DNA of 64,000 nucleotides from a virus. Its lineage: Duplodnaviria; Caudoviricetes. Shown piece by piece: positions 28,367 through 39,983 of the stretch; within the stretch, counting starts at the first letter, position 1; the number at the start of each line of letters is the position of its first letter. The position numbers were made by a program, and so were the translations under genes. The stretch is from positions 32,001 through 96,000 of the IMG/VR virus record IMGVR_UViG_3300033066_000802; one strand, written 5' to 3'. The notes below the pieces were generated by a model. The model was not told the DNA's origin. It searched no databases and worked only from the letters and a program-made list of their open reading frames with translations.

Positions 28367-29577
28367 TAGTATGTATATGTTGTTGTTACATAATCGTTAT
28401 GGATAAATTTATTAGCTAACTTAGAATATTCAACTAATATTGTAAAATCCTTATTATTTAAACACCTATTCTGTGTAAAAAACTCACTTAAATCAAGACT
28501 CGCTTTAACCTTAAAATTATAACCATTTGGGCTGTTATTATAGGAATCAAAATCATCAACTATATTAAACACATAACGCGACCCACCATCACGAGCCGTA
28601 TATTCTTTTTTAGAATAATTAATATTTACCTGAGTATCACCACTCGTTAAATAAACTAATTGAGCCTGTGGTAATAACGAACTACCAAACACACCAAAAT
28701 CATCTAAACGTCTAAATATAATATCACTTGTAAATTGACTTGTGGCACCAGTTGTCCTGTATTGTTGTAAATCCGATAATGTCATTTTAAGTTTATTAGA
28801 ACCTAACATAACATAAATTGAAAAATTTAAATTTTCAGATGTACCTGTTGGGTTATAATCAAGATTTTTACCCCCAACAAATCTAAAATAATACTCAAAA
28901 CTAACATGATAATTTTCACCTAACACAAGTTCATCTTTTTTTATAATTTTACTATAGTTTACGTTATTAGTTGATTTTGTTTTAGCGTTTGACCCAACAA
29001 AACCCAAATCAGTTGTTAATGTCTTTTTCTGTATTTTTGAGTTTATTAACTGATACTTATTTAAATCCAAATTATCGATAGGAAATAAATCAAAATTTCT
29101 TATAAGATCATTCAAAGTTATCGTTAACGGATATTCAGTTCTCAAATAAAGACCATTTAAACCATTTAAATTAAATTGACGATACTCACCAATTTCCTTA
29201 TAATTTGTTGTATCTAAACCAGTTATCGTATTTAAATCTGGATTATATAATATATAATCCCTCTGCGCAGCATCATTAATGCTGAATAAACCATGATTAT
29301 GGTACTTATTATCCACAATACTACCACGATTACTTAATTGTGTGAAGACTTCCTTCAACCCATTAGTTGTTTTATTCGTATTAGTTATTGTTATAATGTT
29401 TTGATTGGTAAGATGCGGGTTAAACGTATCATCATTTAACACATTATAATTACTTTCAGTGTCAGATAAAGAAAAGTAATAAGCCTTGTCCTGTAAACCG
29501 CCATTAAAAAACGTTTCTCTCCCCTTATCGGTTAAATAAACGACAAACTCATTAGTATTTCCTGTAATTAGTCCCAT
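28366..29577 (-). CDS. Structural protein (LTDxGR paralog)
   Basis: VYLTDKGR...FSLSDTESNY. Confidence 0.62.
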   Translation of the reverse strand: MGLITGNTNEFVVYLTDKGRETFFNGGLQDKAYYFSLSDTESNYNVLNDDTFNPHLTNQNIITITNTNKTTNGLKEVFTQLSNRGSIVDNKYHNHGLFSINDAAQRDYILYNPDLNTITGLDTTNYKEIGEYRQFNLNGLNGLYLRTEYPLTITLNDLIRNFDLFPIDNLDLNKYQLINSKIQKKTLTTDLGFVGSNAKTKSTNNVNYSKIIKKDELVLGENYHVSFEYYFRFVGGKNLDYNPTGTSENLNFSIYVMLGSNKLKMTLSDLQQYRTTGATSQFTSDIIFRRLDDFGVFGSSLLPQAQLVYLTSGDTQVNINYSKKEYTARDGGSRYVFNIVDDFDSYNNSPNGYNFKVKASLDLSEFFTQNRCLNNKDFTILVEYSKLANKFIHNDYVTTTYTY

Positions 29578-29578
29578 T

Positions 29579-32380
29579 TTAAAAATCTATTGTTGCTTGC
29601 AACGATAATATATCCGAATTATATTTTCTCGTTATTGGTTGACTGAATTTACCTATTGCCACCATATCATCATCAGCATCGTAAATACCTACCTCAGTAA
29701 ACGCAACCTTATCCTGGTTTACATTAAAAGTTGGGTTACTTGTTGATATAAATGTATTAGGTATTACATTAAAAGTAAATAAAGTTTTATATATAGTTGC
29801 CTTAATATCCGTATTAACATTTCCAAAGAAAAACACCTCATCACCAAAACTAAACTCTTCATTCGTAGCTATTGGTAGATCGACAATATCCCCTATATCA
29901 TAATAATCCGTCAAACTACTATCAATCAAATCCTGATCAACATATACCTTTAAATTATTTATATTATTAGCAGTCATTAAATTTACGTTTGGTGTGCCAC
30001 CGTAACCACTATTATCCAAATATAATAATGTTATTAACGCACCCCCAGCTGGTGCAAATGTTAATTGCACCCTTCTGTCAGCTGTTGTACCTGTCGTAAA
30101 CACACCATAATTACTACTACTAACTAACATACCATTATAAAACACATAAACCGTATTGTTATTTGGTTGTTGTTCGAGTGTTAAACAAAAATTACCAGAA
30201 CCATCTAAATATATACCATCAAGATATGTATTTGTTGGCGGTACTGAAACAGGTACGGTTAGTATTTGCTTAACAGTACTTGATGTATTTGTTTCACCGT
30301 ACAAATAAGCAAATTGTATAATGTTTGATCCACCAACATATAATGGATTTATTTTAATTATTGGTGTCCCAAGGGTTGAACCAGTAACGTCAAGAGGGTA
30401 AACATAGTAATCACCGTCAACACCTATAGTCGCATCTGATGATGCTTCCTTAAGTAATAAACCGCTTGTAGAAGTTGTTGACCTGAAAACCAATATTTCA
30501 CCTATAGGTAACTTATTTGTTGATAATACCGCTGTTGATGGCGATATATTAGTTTCCGTTTGTAGATAAAATCTATCCATAACCTCTGGTATTGGTGAAA
30601 TACAGCCAGAACCGCCAACATATGGACTTATATTATATTTCTTCCAATCAGCTGGATCTGGGATACCACCGATTTCTGTTTTCTGCCATAATAAAAATAC
30701 ATTATCAAGACAAAACCCAAAACCATCAGTACCGTTAAAATCTCTTAAATAACCAAATTCACTATATGTTGGATCTGATGCTTTTTTAGGGAATTGAAAT
30801 AGAATATCTTTAGCTTTCGTGAAATTATTAACAATTGTTTGATAACTCTCACATTGGATACCATTAATACCTTTAGTATTCATAAATTGATAGGTTATAT
30901 GAATACATTCATTTGGTTGTAGCGAACCACCGAGATTAGCACCAGGACAATGCCCAATATCTACAAGTGAAATATCTGGTTTTGGTAACGTCCAATTCCT
31001 ATTAGATTTGTATGATAGAGCTGTAATTAATTCAGCATCCTCTATAATTATAACCTTTTGATCAACCAAAACTTTACCAACCACCGTTGCCTCTGATTCC
31101 TGGTCAATTAAATCATAGTAAGCCACAGTTTCATCAATATATTTAAGTGTGGTATCACATACAAATGTATAACCGATTGAATCAGCTAAAGCTGTACCGC
31201 CAAATTGTTTTTTATGCCACATTAAATATGGTATCGTTAGCGTCAATGTGGTATCATAAAAACCTTCACCATAGAAGTTCTCAATAGTGTTATTGGTATA
31301 ATGTATTATACCTATTTTATTTATTGTTTGTGTGTATCCAGTGGTTTCAATATTAGTTGTCAAACCCGTAACTATTGTATTAGGATTGACTGTGGTATAA
31401 ACATTTGATAAATATTTATAATTTATTGCGGTACCTAAATAGTTCTTACCAACACTCTTGTTTTTATCTTTGTATTTTGTCAGATCCAACCCTACAATAT
31501 CTCTTATATTAATAATATTCATATTCCAAACAGGAACATCAATAATATCCTTTTGACCAGGTATTGGTGTAAAATCAACTGAAGAATTTGACCAGTACGC
31601 TATTGGTGTTTCTTTATCATAATAATCAGCAATCGTGTTAGCACCTGGGTATATAAAACCTTTCACCAAACAATCTTCAGTGAAATTAGGTAATTTTCTA
31701 TCTAAACCAAACGTTATTACCTGATTATTTGTTATATCCGACACATCCAAGCTTACAATACCATCAACAGATGTTATTATATACATTAAATACTGTATTG
31801 GGTATTCACCATCAATCTTCGGTGTCATATTTGTTGTATGACCCGTATAAAATCCATTCTGGAGTATCTTTAAAAATAAATAATCACCTATTTTTACATT
31901 AGTGGTGTAACCAGTACCAATCCTCGAACTGGTATATCCAGTACCACCAACAACATCCACATATTCTGTAGATCCTGTTGTTTCTACGTATTTAAGGTCA
32001 ATAAAGGTTGTATTCGGGTCAATTTTACCCGATAAGTTATATAAGGTACAAAGTGTCGGTTCAAACACATCAGCCGTAGAACCACTGAAGAAACCCCTCG
32101 TTTTAGCACTGGCATGTACAACTTGCGGAAATGATGTTATCTGAGTAATTGGTTGCCTAAATGTAGTGCCATTACTCGGTACTGGTGATAATATATCGTG
32201 ATTATTATCAACAGGTCTTAATATATTAGTTAATGGGACATTATCAGATGTGTAATCCATCTCACCGTCACCCAAACTGAAAGTTGAAAAGTTCAGTCCA
32301 CCTGAACTTAAATTTCTCCTACCAGTATCAGTTAACTTAAGGTTAACCAACGGATTATTCTTTTTTATAATATAACTCAT
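29579..32380 (-). CDS. Virion structural protein (baseplate/tail-fibre attachment-like)
   Basis: N-terminal LKLTDTGR..FSLGDGEMDY; C-terminal FTEVGIYDADDDMVAIGKFSQPI, typical of fibre-collar/wedge domains. Confidence 0.7.
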   Translation of the reverse strand: MSYIIKKNNPLVNLKLTDTGRRNLSSGGLNFSTFSLGDGEMDYTSDNVPLTNILRPVDNNHDILSPVPSNGTTFRQPITQITSFPQVVHASAKTRGFFSGSTADVFEPTLCTLYNLSGKIDPNTTFIDLKYVETTGSTEYVDVVGGTGYTSSRIGTGYTTNVKIGDYLFLKILQNGFYTGHTTNMTPKIDGEYPIQYLMYIITSVDGIVSLDVSDITNNQVITFGLDRKLPNFTEDCLVKGFIYPGANTIADYYDKETPIAYWSNSSVDFTPIPGQKDIIDVPVWNMNIINIRDIVGLDLTKYKDKNKSVGKNYLGTAINYKYLSNVYTTVNPNTIVTGLTTNIETTGYTQTINKIGIIHYTNNTIENFYGEGFYDTTLTLTIPYLMWHKKQFGGTALADSIGYTFVCDTTLKYIDETVAYYDLIDQESEATVVGKVLVDQKVIIIEDAELITALSYKSNRNWTLPKPDISLVDIGHCPGANLGGSLQPNECIHITYQFMNTKGINGIQCESYQTIVNNFTKAKDILFQFPKKASDPTYSEFGYLRDFNGTDGFGFCLDNVFLLWQKTEIGGIPDPADWKKYNISPYVGGSGCISPIPEVMDRFYLQTETNISPSTAVLSTNKLPIGEILVFRSTTSTSGLLLKEASSDATIGVDGDYYVYPLDVTGSTLGTPIIKINPLYVGGSNIIQFAYLYGETNTSSTVKQILTVPVSVPPTNTYLDGIYLDGSGNFCLTLEQQPNNNTVYVFYNGMLVSSSNYGVFTTGTTADRRVQLTFAPAGGALITLLYLDNSGYGGTPNVNLMTANNINNLKVYVDQDLIDSSLTDYYDIGDIVDLPIATNEEFSFGDEVFFFGNVNTDIKATIYKTLFTFNVIPNTFISTSNPTFNVNQDKVAFTEVGIYDADDDMVAIGKFSQPITRKYNSDILSLQATIDF

Positions 32381-32402
32381 ATTCTCTTTTTAATAAATAT
32401 TC

Positions 32403-35400
32403 TTATTGTGTATTATTTTCAGCGCTTACGTTAATAACATTTCTAATTTGATACTGATTTGTATTAATACCTGTAGCCCCCTTAACTGAGAAATTAACTA
32501 ATCTATTCTGCGTTATGTTAGAAAGAACAACTTTTCTGGTTTCTATCGAACCAACCCTACTAACCGTTGACGTTACAAATGTATTTGATATACCGTTATT
32601 TATAGTATCATATAATAATGTTGTATCAAGATATGCTGTATCATATGTCGTATGATTATTTGTTGTATCATATGTATATGTTATGGTTAATGTGGCATTT
32701 GGTTGTATACTTAATGTTGTATCAAACACCGAATTACTATTAACCGTCTTATTCCCGTTTAATTCCCCTGTATTGGTTGACCAGTTAACATCAACGGTTG
32801 ATGCACCATATTGATTAACAACCAATCTCACATTATATGTACTCGCATTTAATACAGCTGTTTGTGTTGTATTTGCATAATATGCTGGACTAATTAAATC
32901 AATTTTCGACATATCTGTGTTGAATAGTATACCAAATATTATCGAAGCACTATGCCCACAAGGATCACTTATATTTAACTTACCTATAAATTCACCCGTT
33001 TTAGGGAATCCTACAAAATCTTTATCGTAGTAATAATCCAATATTATGTTATTACCTGATAACCTATATGCCACAGAACCGTATTGATTTACGTCACCCA
33101 ACGTATCATCTTTAACGTCATAATACTTATCCAAACCACTTTTTAATTTTCCATCGATACTACTATTCACAACACCACCAATCGTTGTACCACTAAAATC
33201 CTTACTGGTAAAACCTGGTTTTAATAATAAATTATTCTTAAAGAAATATAAATCATTTTTTACCTCATCAGTTAAAGCATAATTATCAGACTCATAAACA
33301 GCCACTTTAGTTCTATCCTTTTTAAAATTAAATTTCTCAACCAAACAAAAATCCGATTTAGTCCATCCTGTAGGATTCTGGAATGGTAACAATGTTTGCA
33401 CACTCGCAACATTACTTATATAACCATACAAAACACCACGTGAAACAGCGTATTTATATATTTGATATAACGAATTTTGGTCATATGTTCTCTCAAGTGA
33501 GAAATCTCTCGGACAATTTACATTACCACCGTAGCATAACCATTCAAATATTGGCGAGTAGTTATTATCAAAATGATCTGATAAGAACATACCATAATTA
33601 AAAGTTGTATAAAAATTAACCACAGAATATGATGATGTTGCCATGTATCTATTAATACCGTAATAATATTTATTCGCCACACCACCTGTAGTATACCCCG
33701 TAATTAAATCATTCGTTACACTACCCCAATGTGTAGTTCCAACAGTACCACCATTCATCAAATATTGTTTTGTGCCACCTGTTGGAGAATATACTGGATC
33801 TAAGAACGATAAAACGCGTGGTGTATATGTCCTATAATATCCAAGAACATTTGTCACACCGTCAACAGAATAAGCGTCTATGTATGTTGAAAACGCACTT
33901 GCGGTTGTACCAGAAAAATAAAATGGACTACCTACTGACGCACCAGGTCTAACCAATGTTGTACCAAGTATCTCCCACCCTAATCTCTCACCAACACTGT
34001 TGCTTGGTATTAAGTTAGGTAATCTCACAGCAACATTACTATTCCTAACAATAGATGTATGCGGCGATGATGTATGAATAAAATCAAATATATTAGCTGC
34101 GGTATCTACTGTATCTACTGTTGCCCCATCTACTGTTGCCCCAGTTGATAACCTCGTCCACAAAAGATTTGTTTCTAATGGTGATGAGTTTGTTAACGGA
34201 TCTTTACGATAATGATTAGGTGCTGATGAATATGTTACCCTTAAATTCTTATAAAAATAACTATTATTAGATGAATCTGTACGTAACACAATATCATTTA
34301 ACCCCCAATATCTATTATTTTGAGAACCGATTGTGGTACCAGTAAAATATGGTATTGGTTTATTATATATAAACCTGAACACATCATTTTTATATGTGAT
34401 TAAATCCCCAAAGGATAAATTCAAAGTTGTACCAGTTTCATTATATTTAACAAATGTTTTATTAGTGTATGGGAAAATATTTGTTTGATTTATTTTATAA
34501 TGAAAAATTCTCTCATAACCCCAAGGACTAAAGTTTTTAGGATCATAACGTGTAATTTCCTCAAAACATGAACGAGAACCATTTGGTAAATAAACATCAT
34601 TTATCTGATAAGGTACCTCAGTTGTACCAGAAACTCTATAACAATGCTGTGGTGTTATATCTTCAACACACACATAAACCCTGTCAATATTAACAGTTTG
34701 AATACTATATGAACCATCCGAACCAACAACAACTTTCTTGTAATTACTAATGGTAAATTTAACCATATCATTAATATTATAATTTATAATATTTGGATTG
34801 AAGTATTCAACACTATCCAATATTTGTAAATATAATTCATTAGTATATACCTCATTTTCTAACTCATATGTAACACCACTTATAACTTTCCTTCTATTAC
34901 TGTATATATTTTGAGGTTCAGCAAAATTCAATTTAGTATAATCAAGTATTCCAGAATTATATGCTTGGAATAATTGTGGGTTCATAGTATTACCAGTTGA
35001 AATTATTTGCGCATTCTTTGATGATTTAGAAGCTGCATAATACATTGTATTATTAACAGAAATATTTCTTCTACCAACTCTTTTCCCAATAATAATATTA
35101 TTAGTAACTGACCCACGCTCATAGAATTCAGGTACATTACCAAGATAATATTCACTACCTATAACATTAACAGTAACTGGTTCACCATAAATACCCACAC
35201 CAGGGGTTGTACCATATGGTGGCTTTTTAGTGATAATGTTAAAATCAAATGAAACCTTATCATATTTAATATCTTTATCATATACAGCTCTCTCAGTATC
35301 GGTTAATGTTGGTTCATTTATGAATTTCTTATAATAATCAGCATACAATTTATTGAATATAAGTGCTGGATCTGTTGATTGATTATATGTTAACCTCGAT

Positions 35401-38400
35401 AAATTCGTAAAATAATGTTGTGTTTCTGGTAAATTATTACTTAAGATGTAATTGTCAACTGACACAATAGAGTCATCCACAGATGTACCTATTACAGCAT
35501 CATATTTACCAACTAACGGTGCTATTGATAAACCATATTCTATATCCGTACCATGTTCCACTCTTCTACCTGTATTAAAGAACACTCTAAACCTACCATC
35601 TTCTGTTGGCGCATAAGCATCTCTTTCAGGTTCATTATAAACGTAATCAATAGTTTCATATCTTGATAATGTACAACCATTATCAATTGGTTCTACAACC
35701 AAATATACTTTTTGATTAGCGCTAAATGATGATTCGTATTGGTAATTAAACATACGATCCTCTGGATTATCATTACCTGAGAAAGTAAACTCCTGTTCAT
35801 TAAACACAAACCCAGCTCCGTCAACTAATCTAACTTTAATTGTTTGTGGTGCGGTTAAAGTTGATTCAAAAAATAAAATCATCTCAAACTTCAGATACGA
35901 ATTTGCTTTAACTAAATAATACCCTGGGTTACTCACTTTTAACGCAACACTTGTGGAATCCGCACTAAAATTAGTATTTAATGATTGTATTGATACATAA
36001 TTTGCTTTATTTGGTATCAATTCTAATGTTTCATCTAAAGTCTGTATTAACGCTTCACTATCTTTTGGTACATAAAAAGGACCTACATTAGCTTCATTTA
36101 CAGGGTAAAACCCATCAAAATTAAAGGTGAAGCTATCACTAATATATAAATTATTATTTAATATAGTATCATCAGCAACATATGTTGTTGATGGTGTAGA
36201 TCCAGAAAAAACATATTTTAAATTAAATACCTTACTTAAGTTTATCGAATAAAAATTCTTAGTTGGGTCAAGATTAATTGTTGTTATATATGCTGGGTCA
36301 ACATGCATCAATGGATCTGTCTTAGTTCTACCTGAGTAATTTTCAAACATATCACCTTGTAAATCAGTGCTAATTGTTGCACCTGTTGGTATCGCTGTTG
36401 TACCTGTAACAGTGGCACCAGTAATTAAATATGTTACACTTGGTGTTGATAAAAATTCGACAACATCCCCACTGTAATAAGTGACACCCGTTGTCCATAA
36501 TTTTCTCTTCTTATATGGTACAGCCCACGCACCGTTACTACCAAAGACATAATTATCTGGTTCGGTTGATGATATATTTTTGGAAAAACCGTAATATCTT
36601 GGTTGTCTAATTATTCTGGTTGTACCATCTTCATCAATATATGAAGATATTGTTGGATAAACACTACTTGTCGAAGAATCGAATGTTGATAAATCTATCG
36701 TTCTACCTGAAAAATCATAAAAACACACGTGAGGTGGTGGTGGTGGACAATCAAAACGAATACCCAGATCAATATAAGCAAAACCCATACCAATTGATTT
36801 CATAATATATTCCCTTTCTATATTATTTGGTAATGGGTTATTAACACCATCACAATCAGGGAAGGTAATTGTTTTACTATCAGCATATCTTGGTATGTAT
36901 GTATATAATGCCGTACCACTATATGTTAAATCTATCGCACCCGTTGAAACATGTTCATATATAAAACCAGCATCAACAGGATGCTGCATATATGTGGAAC
37001 CAGAAATAACAATATCTGTAAGCGGTTTAATATCAGCAACAGTACTAAAGAACGTTGGGCTAAAACCAGCTGTTACACCATCTTGCATTGTTGTTAATGC
37101 TGCTACCGTATTTAACCTATATAATTCATTTTCATATATAACAAATACACCAAAACGTCTAAGTTTTGTATGATCTGAATTATTATATAGTAAACTCGTT
37201 GGTTCTGTCGCACCAGTTGGGCTTATTATATTACCACTATACCCAGTTACTGTATAATCGGTGTCTACCACCCAAGTATTTAAGCTATAGTCTTTATAAC
37301 AAAACTCAGCATTTGAATAATGCACACCAAAATACTCATTAATTGTTGGGTCTATACCACTGGCTTTATTACCTGGTTTACCACTGATCTCAAACGTAAT
37401 TGGGTTACCTTGAACAGACTGCTTATTCACACCAACATTTGTTGCACCATTAGTTTGACCCTGGTATGTTGGTTTTTTGGCTGTTGTTTGATATTCCGAA
37501 CCTTCAGTACCTAACCAACTAACATCATTATTTAAACCATGTTTATAAACATATTTATTTTCAAGAAACGAATTATTTTTAATTTTCTTACCAGCGTTTA
37601 TAATAGCAGTTGCTGGTGTAAATTGTTTAATTAACTTAACCCAATATGTATCAAATAAACCTAAAAATTCTAAAGCTTTAGAGTCAGAAACATAATCATT
37701 ACTTAATCTAAGAAAATCATAATATATTTTTGTTAATGTTGGGTATGTAATAATAGTTTTTCTCGACTCCACACCAATGTAATTAGATATAACATCCCTC
37801 ATAAATTGATTAAATGTTATACTATTTGGTTTAATAGTTGTTGTATAATTAGAATCGAGATTTGTATCAATATCAATATTATTAGACGCAAAATATTTAT
37901 AAACCGTATGATCTATAATTTTGTCTGAAGAAATGTAAACCTCAAGATCCTTCGTATTAATAACCAACCTTGAGTCTTTTTCATAATAATACGTTGGGCG
38001 TGAATCGCTACCATTTTCTCTATAATGCGGTTCAGTATCATATACCCAAGATTTCTGATTATCCATAACCCTGTATAAATCAAAACCCCTCACCCCATTG
38101 AAATTCTTAAACGCATCAATGTATCTCTTACCAAAATCATAAGGGCCTATGTTATTATTGTTTTCAGTCAGATAACCACCATTTTCTTGATAAATAACAT
38201 TTGAAGGTATTGTTGGGTATCCTTTTTCATCAAACGGATAAACACCCAATAATGCCACAGGATCTATAACATTAGATGTTTTATATATCTTATTTAACTT
38301 ATCAATTGTATTAATAGGGTTAGAAGCGAGATAAACATATTCGTTTATTTCTATTATATAATCGGGTACACCAACTAATTTTAAAATAAAATCAATTGAT

Positions 38401-39983
38401 TTCCTGGTACCTTTATTCTTAAATAAATAAAATGCATTAATAGCTATTCTTCTCCATAGCTCAATATCGAGTTCAGCTGGTGTAATATTATCACTAACTT
38501 TTACATCTTTAAAATTAAATAATGATTGTATAATAGTTTCCTGATCCTCAATTTCATATGTTTCAAGTCCAAGAGTATGCGCAAAATTCTTAACCAGAAC
38601 ATCAGGTATATTTTCAATTTTATCATATGATAAATTTGTCATATACGATAATCCATCAACATATTTTTTAACCTCATCGAAATATCTGCCGTATAAATCA
38701 AGTATTATACCAGCTTTTTTATCTTCGGTATCAAACTCCTTTAACGAGTCTGTTGTTAAGAACCTACTAATTAAATTAGTTTTATACGAATCATAATCAT
38801 CCGTAATTGTATTTAATTGTGTTAAAAAATTATCAAATGTACTATCAAATAAATTGATGTTCACCTCATCAAGTACTGGGAAGAACAATGCTTGTTTAGT
38901 CATTGTCACATTACCATTATCATCAAATATCGGTGTTACAAATTCAGATTTGTAACCCTTAATTTCTGTATCATAATTTAGTAAAAATTTACTGAGTTCG
39001 CTTAATGAATCATTAAATTCACTATATTTTTCTTTTTTAGGTTTAATATAAAATAATACGTTAGCTTCACCCGCTAAATTCAATTTATCTAAGAATGGTT
39101 TACCAGATGTTGTTATCACCAAACCAGTTGTAACGTCCTGAATAGTTTGCGGTAATGTTACGCTCAGTATAGGATATTCTATACCATTATAATATATTAC
39201 ATAATCAGTATATGTTTTAGCAAAATTCCTTAATGGAGATAATGTTGGGTCATCCTCTAAATTCTCCGCACTACTTGTAAAATTAATATCAAATGGGTTA
39301 AATAAATTTGATATATTAACTTTGAACTTACATTTATCCTCTGGGTAGTTAACTATATTAACTATTGATGGGTTAAGTATTGAAATAGGCGATGCTTTTA
39401 TACCACCTGGGTAACCTTTAGTTATCTCAATAATACAATTCTTCATTCTCTCTTTTAAAGAAGAGAACAAAACATAATTTTCCAACTTAGTTTTATCATA
39501 TAATAACGTAGCTGTTAAACTTTTCTGAACCTTCCCGTTAATATATTCTATAAGTTGAGATGTGTTTAAATTAGCTGAAGTTTGAATTGACTCAGTTGTG
39601 TACCTGGCGGTTGGGTCTGGTTGTGTTATTAATATATTATTGGTATTTTTACCAATAACACTTTTACTTATACTAAAATTACCCAAAGTAAAAAACGGAT
39701 CACCACCCTCTACCTCAGATTTGGCGTTAGCAAATTGTAAACCGACTAATTTATCACCAAATACATCACTACCGAATGCCGCTAATTTACCTTGTTGAAT
39801 ATAATACCTTAAAACCCTCTCATATTCAATATATGTTGCACACGGCACATACTTTGTTGCACCATTAATCACATATGTACGATAACCTGAACAACCAAGC
39901 TCTTTTGATCGAGCAATTGCTTCATTCGCAGTATCAAATAAATCACCCAATATCGGTGTACTACTAAAACTTAAATCAGCCAT
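32403..39983 (-). CDS. Giant baseplate wedge-like protein (2526 aa)
   Basis: LFKNKGTRKSIDFILKLVG (P2 gpI / T4 gp7-type wedge motif); N-terminal DUF3721-like motif; CBM-like WTTGVTYYSGDVV. Confidence 0.65.
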   Translation of the reverse strand: MADLSFSSTPILGDLFDTANEAIARSKELGCSGYRTYVINGATKYVPCATYIEYERVLRYYIQQGKLAAFGSDVFGDKLVGLQFANAKSEVEGGDPFFTLGNFSISKSVIGKNTNNILITQPDPTARYTTESIQTSANLNTSQLIEYINGKVQKSLTATLLYDKTKLENYVLFSSLKERMKNCIIEITKGYPGGIKASPISILNPSIVNIVNYPEDKCKFKVNISNLFNPFDINFTSSAENLEDDPTLSPLRNFAKTYTDYVIYYNGIEYPILSVTLPQTIQDVTTGLVITTSGKPFLDKLNLAGEANVLFYIKPKKEKYSEFNDSLSELSKFLLNYDTEIKGYKSEFVTPIFDDNGNVTMTKQALFFPVLDEVNINLFDSTFDNFLTQLNTITDDYDSYKTNLISRFLTTDSLKEFDTEDKKAGIILDLYGRYFDEVKKYVDGLSYMTNLSYDKIENIPDVLVKNFAHTLGLETYEIEDQETIIQSLFNFKDVKVSDNITPAELDIELWRRIAINAFYLFKNKGTRKSIDFILKLVGVPDYIIEINEYVYLASNPINTIDKLNKIYKTSNVIDPVALLGVYPFDEKGYPTIPSNVIYQENGGYLTENNNNIGPYDFGKRYIDAFKNFNGVRGFDLYRVMDNQKSWVYDTEPHYRENGSDSRPTYYYEKDSRLVINTKDLEVYISSDKIIDHTVYKYFASNNIDIDTNLDSNYTTTIKPNSITFNQFMRDVISNYIGVESRKTIITYPTLTKIYYDFLRLSNDYVSDSKALEFLGLFDTYWVKLIKQFTPATAIINAGKKIKNNSFLENKYVYKHGLNNDVSWLGTEGSEYQTTAKKPTYQGQTNGATNVGVNKQSVQGNPITFEISGKPGNKASGIDPTINEYFGVHYSNAEFCYKDYSLNTWVVDTDYTVTGYSGNIISPTGATEPTSLLYNNSDHTKLRRFGVFVIYENELYRLNTVAALTTMQDGVTAGFSPTFFSTVADIKPLTDIVISGSTYMQHPVDAGFIYEHVSTGAIDLTYSGTALYTYIPRYADSKTITFPDCDGVNNPLPNNIEREYIMKSIGMGFAYIDLGIRFDCPPPPPHVCFYDFSGRTIDLSTFDSSTSSVYPTISSYIDEDGTTRIIRQPRYYGFSKNISSTEPDNYVFGSNGAWAVPYKKRKLWTTGVTYYSGDVVEFLSTPSVTYLITGATVTGTTAIPTGATISTDLQGDMFENYSGRTKTDPLMHVDPAYITTINLDPTKNFYSINLSKVFNLKYVFSGSTPSTTYVADDTILNNNLYISDSFTFNFDGFYPVNEANVGPFYVPKDSEALIQTLDETLELIPNKANYVSIQSLNTNFSADSTSVALKVSNPGYYLVKANSYLKFEMILFFESTLTAPQTIKVRLVDGAGFVFNEQEFTFSGNDNPEDRMFNYQYESSFSANQKVYLVVEPIDNGCTLSRYETIDYVYNEPERDAYAPTEDGRFRVFFNTGRRVEHGTDIEYGLSIAPLVGKYDAVIGTSVDDSIVSVDNYILSNNLPETQHYFTNLSRLTYNQSTDPALIFNKLYADYYKKFINEPTLTDTERAVYDKDIKYDKVSFDFNIITKKPPYGTTPGVGIYGEPVTVNVIGSEYYLGNVPEFYERGSVTNNIIIGKRVGRRNISVNNTMYYAASKSSKNAQIISTGNTMNPQLFQAYNSGILDYTKLNFAEPQNIYSNRRKVISGVTYELENEVYTNELYLQILDSVEYFNPNIINYNINDMVKFTISNYKKVVVGSDGSYSIQTVNIDRVYVCVEDITPQHCYRVSGTTEVPYQINDVYLPNGSRSCFEEITRYDPKNFSPWGYERIFHYKINQTNIFPYTNKTFVKYNETGTTLNLSFGDLITYKNDVFRFIYNKPIPYFTGTTIGSQNNRYWGLNDIVLRTDSSNNSYFYKNLRVTYSSAPNHYRKDPLTNSSPLETNLLWTRLSTGATVDGATVDTVDTAANIFDFIHTSSPHTSIVRNSNVAVRLPNLIPSNSVGERLGWEILGTTLVRPGASVGSPFYFSGTTASAFSTYIDAYSVDGVTNVLGYYRTYTPRVLSFLDPVYSPTGGTKQYLMNGGTVGTTHWGSVTNDLITGYTTGGVANKYYYGINRYMATSSYSVVNFYTTFNYGMFLSDHFDNNYSPIFEWLCYGGNVNCPRDFSLERTYDQNSLYQIYKYAVSRGVLYGYISNVASVQTLLPFQNPTGWTKSDFCLVEKFNFKKDRTKVAVYESDNYALTDEVKNDLYFFKNNLLLKPGFTSKDFSGTTIGGVVNSSIDGKLKSGLDKYYDVKDDTLGDVNQYGSVAYRLSGNNIILDYYYDKDFVGFPKTGEFIGKLNISDPCGHSASIIFGILFNTDMSKIDLISPAYYANTTQTAVLNASTYNVRLVVNQYGASTVDVNWSTNTGELNGNKTVNSNSVFDTTLSIQPNATLTITYTYDTTNNHTTYDTAYLDTTLLYDTINNGISNTFVTSTVSRVGSIETRKVVLSNITQNRLVNFSVKGATGINTNQYQIRNVINVSAENNTQ

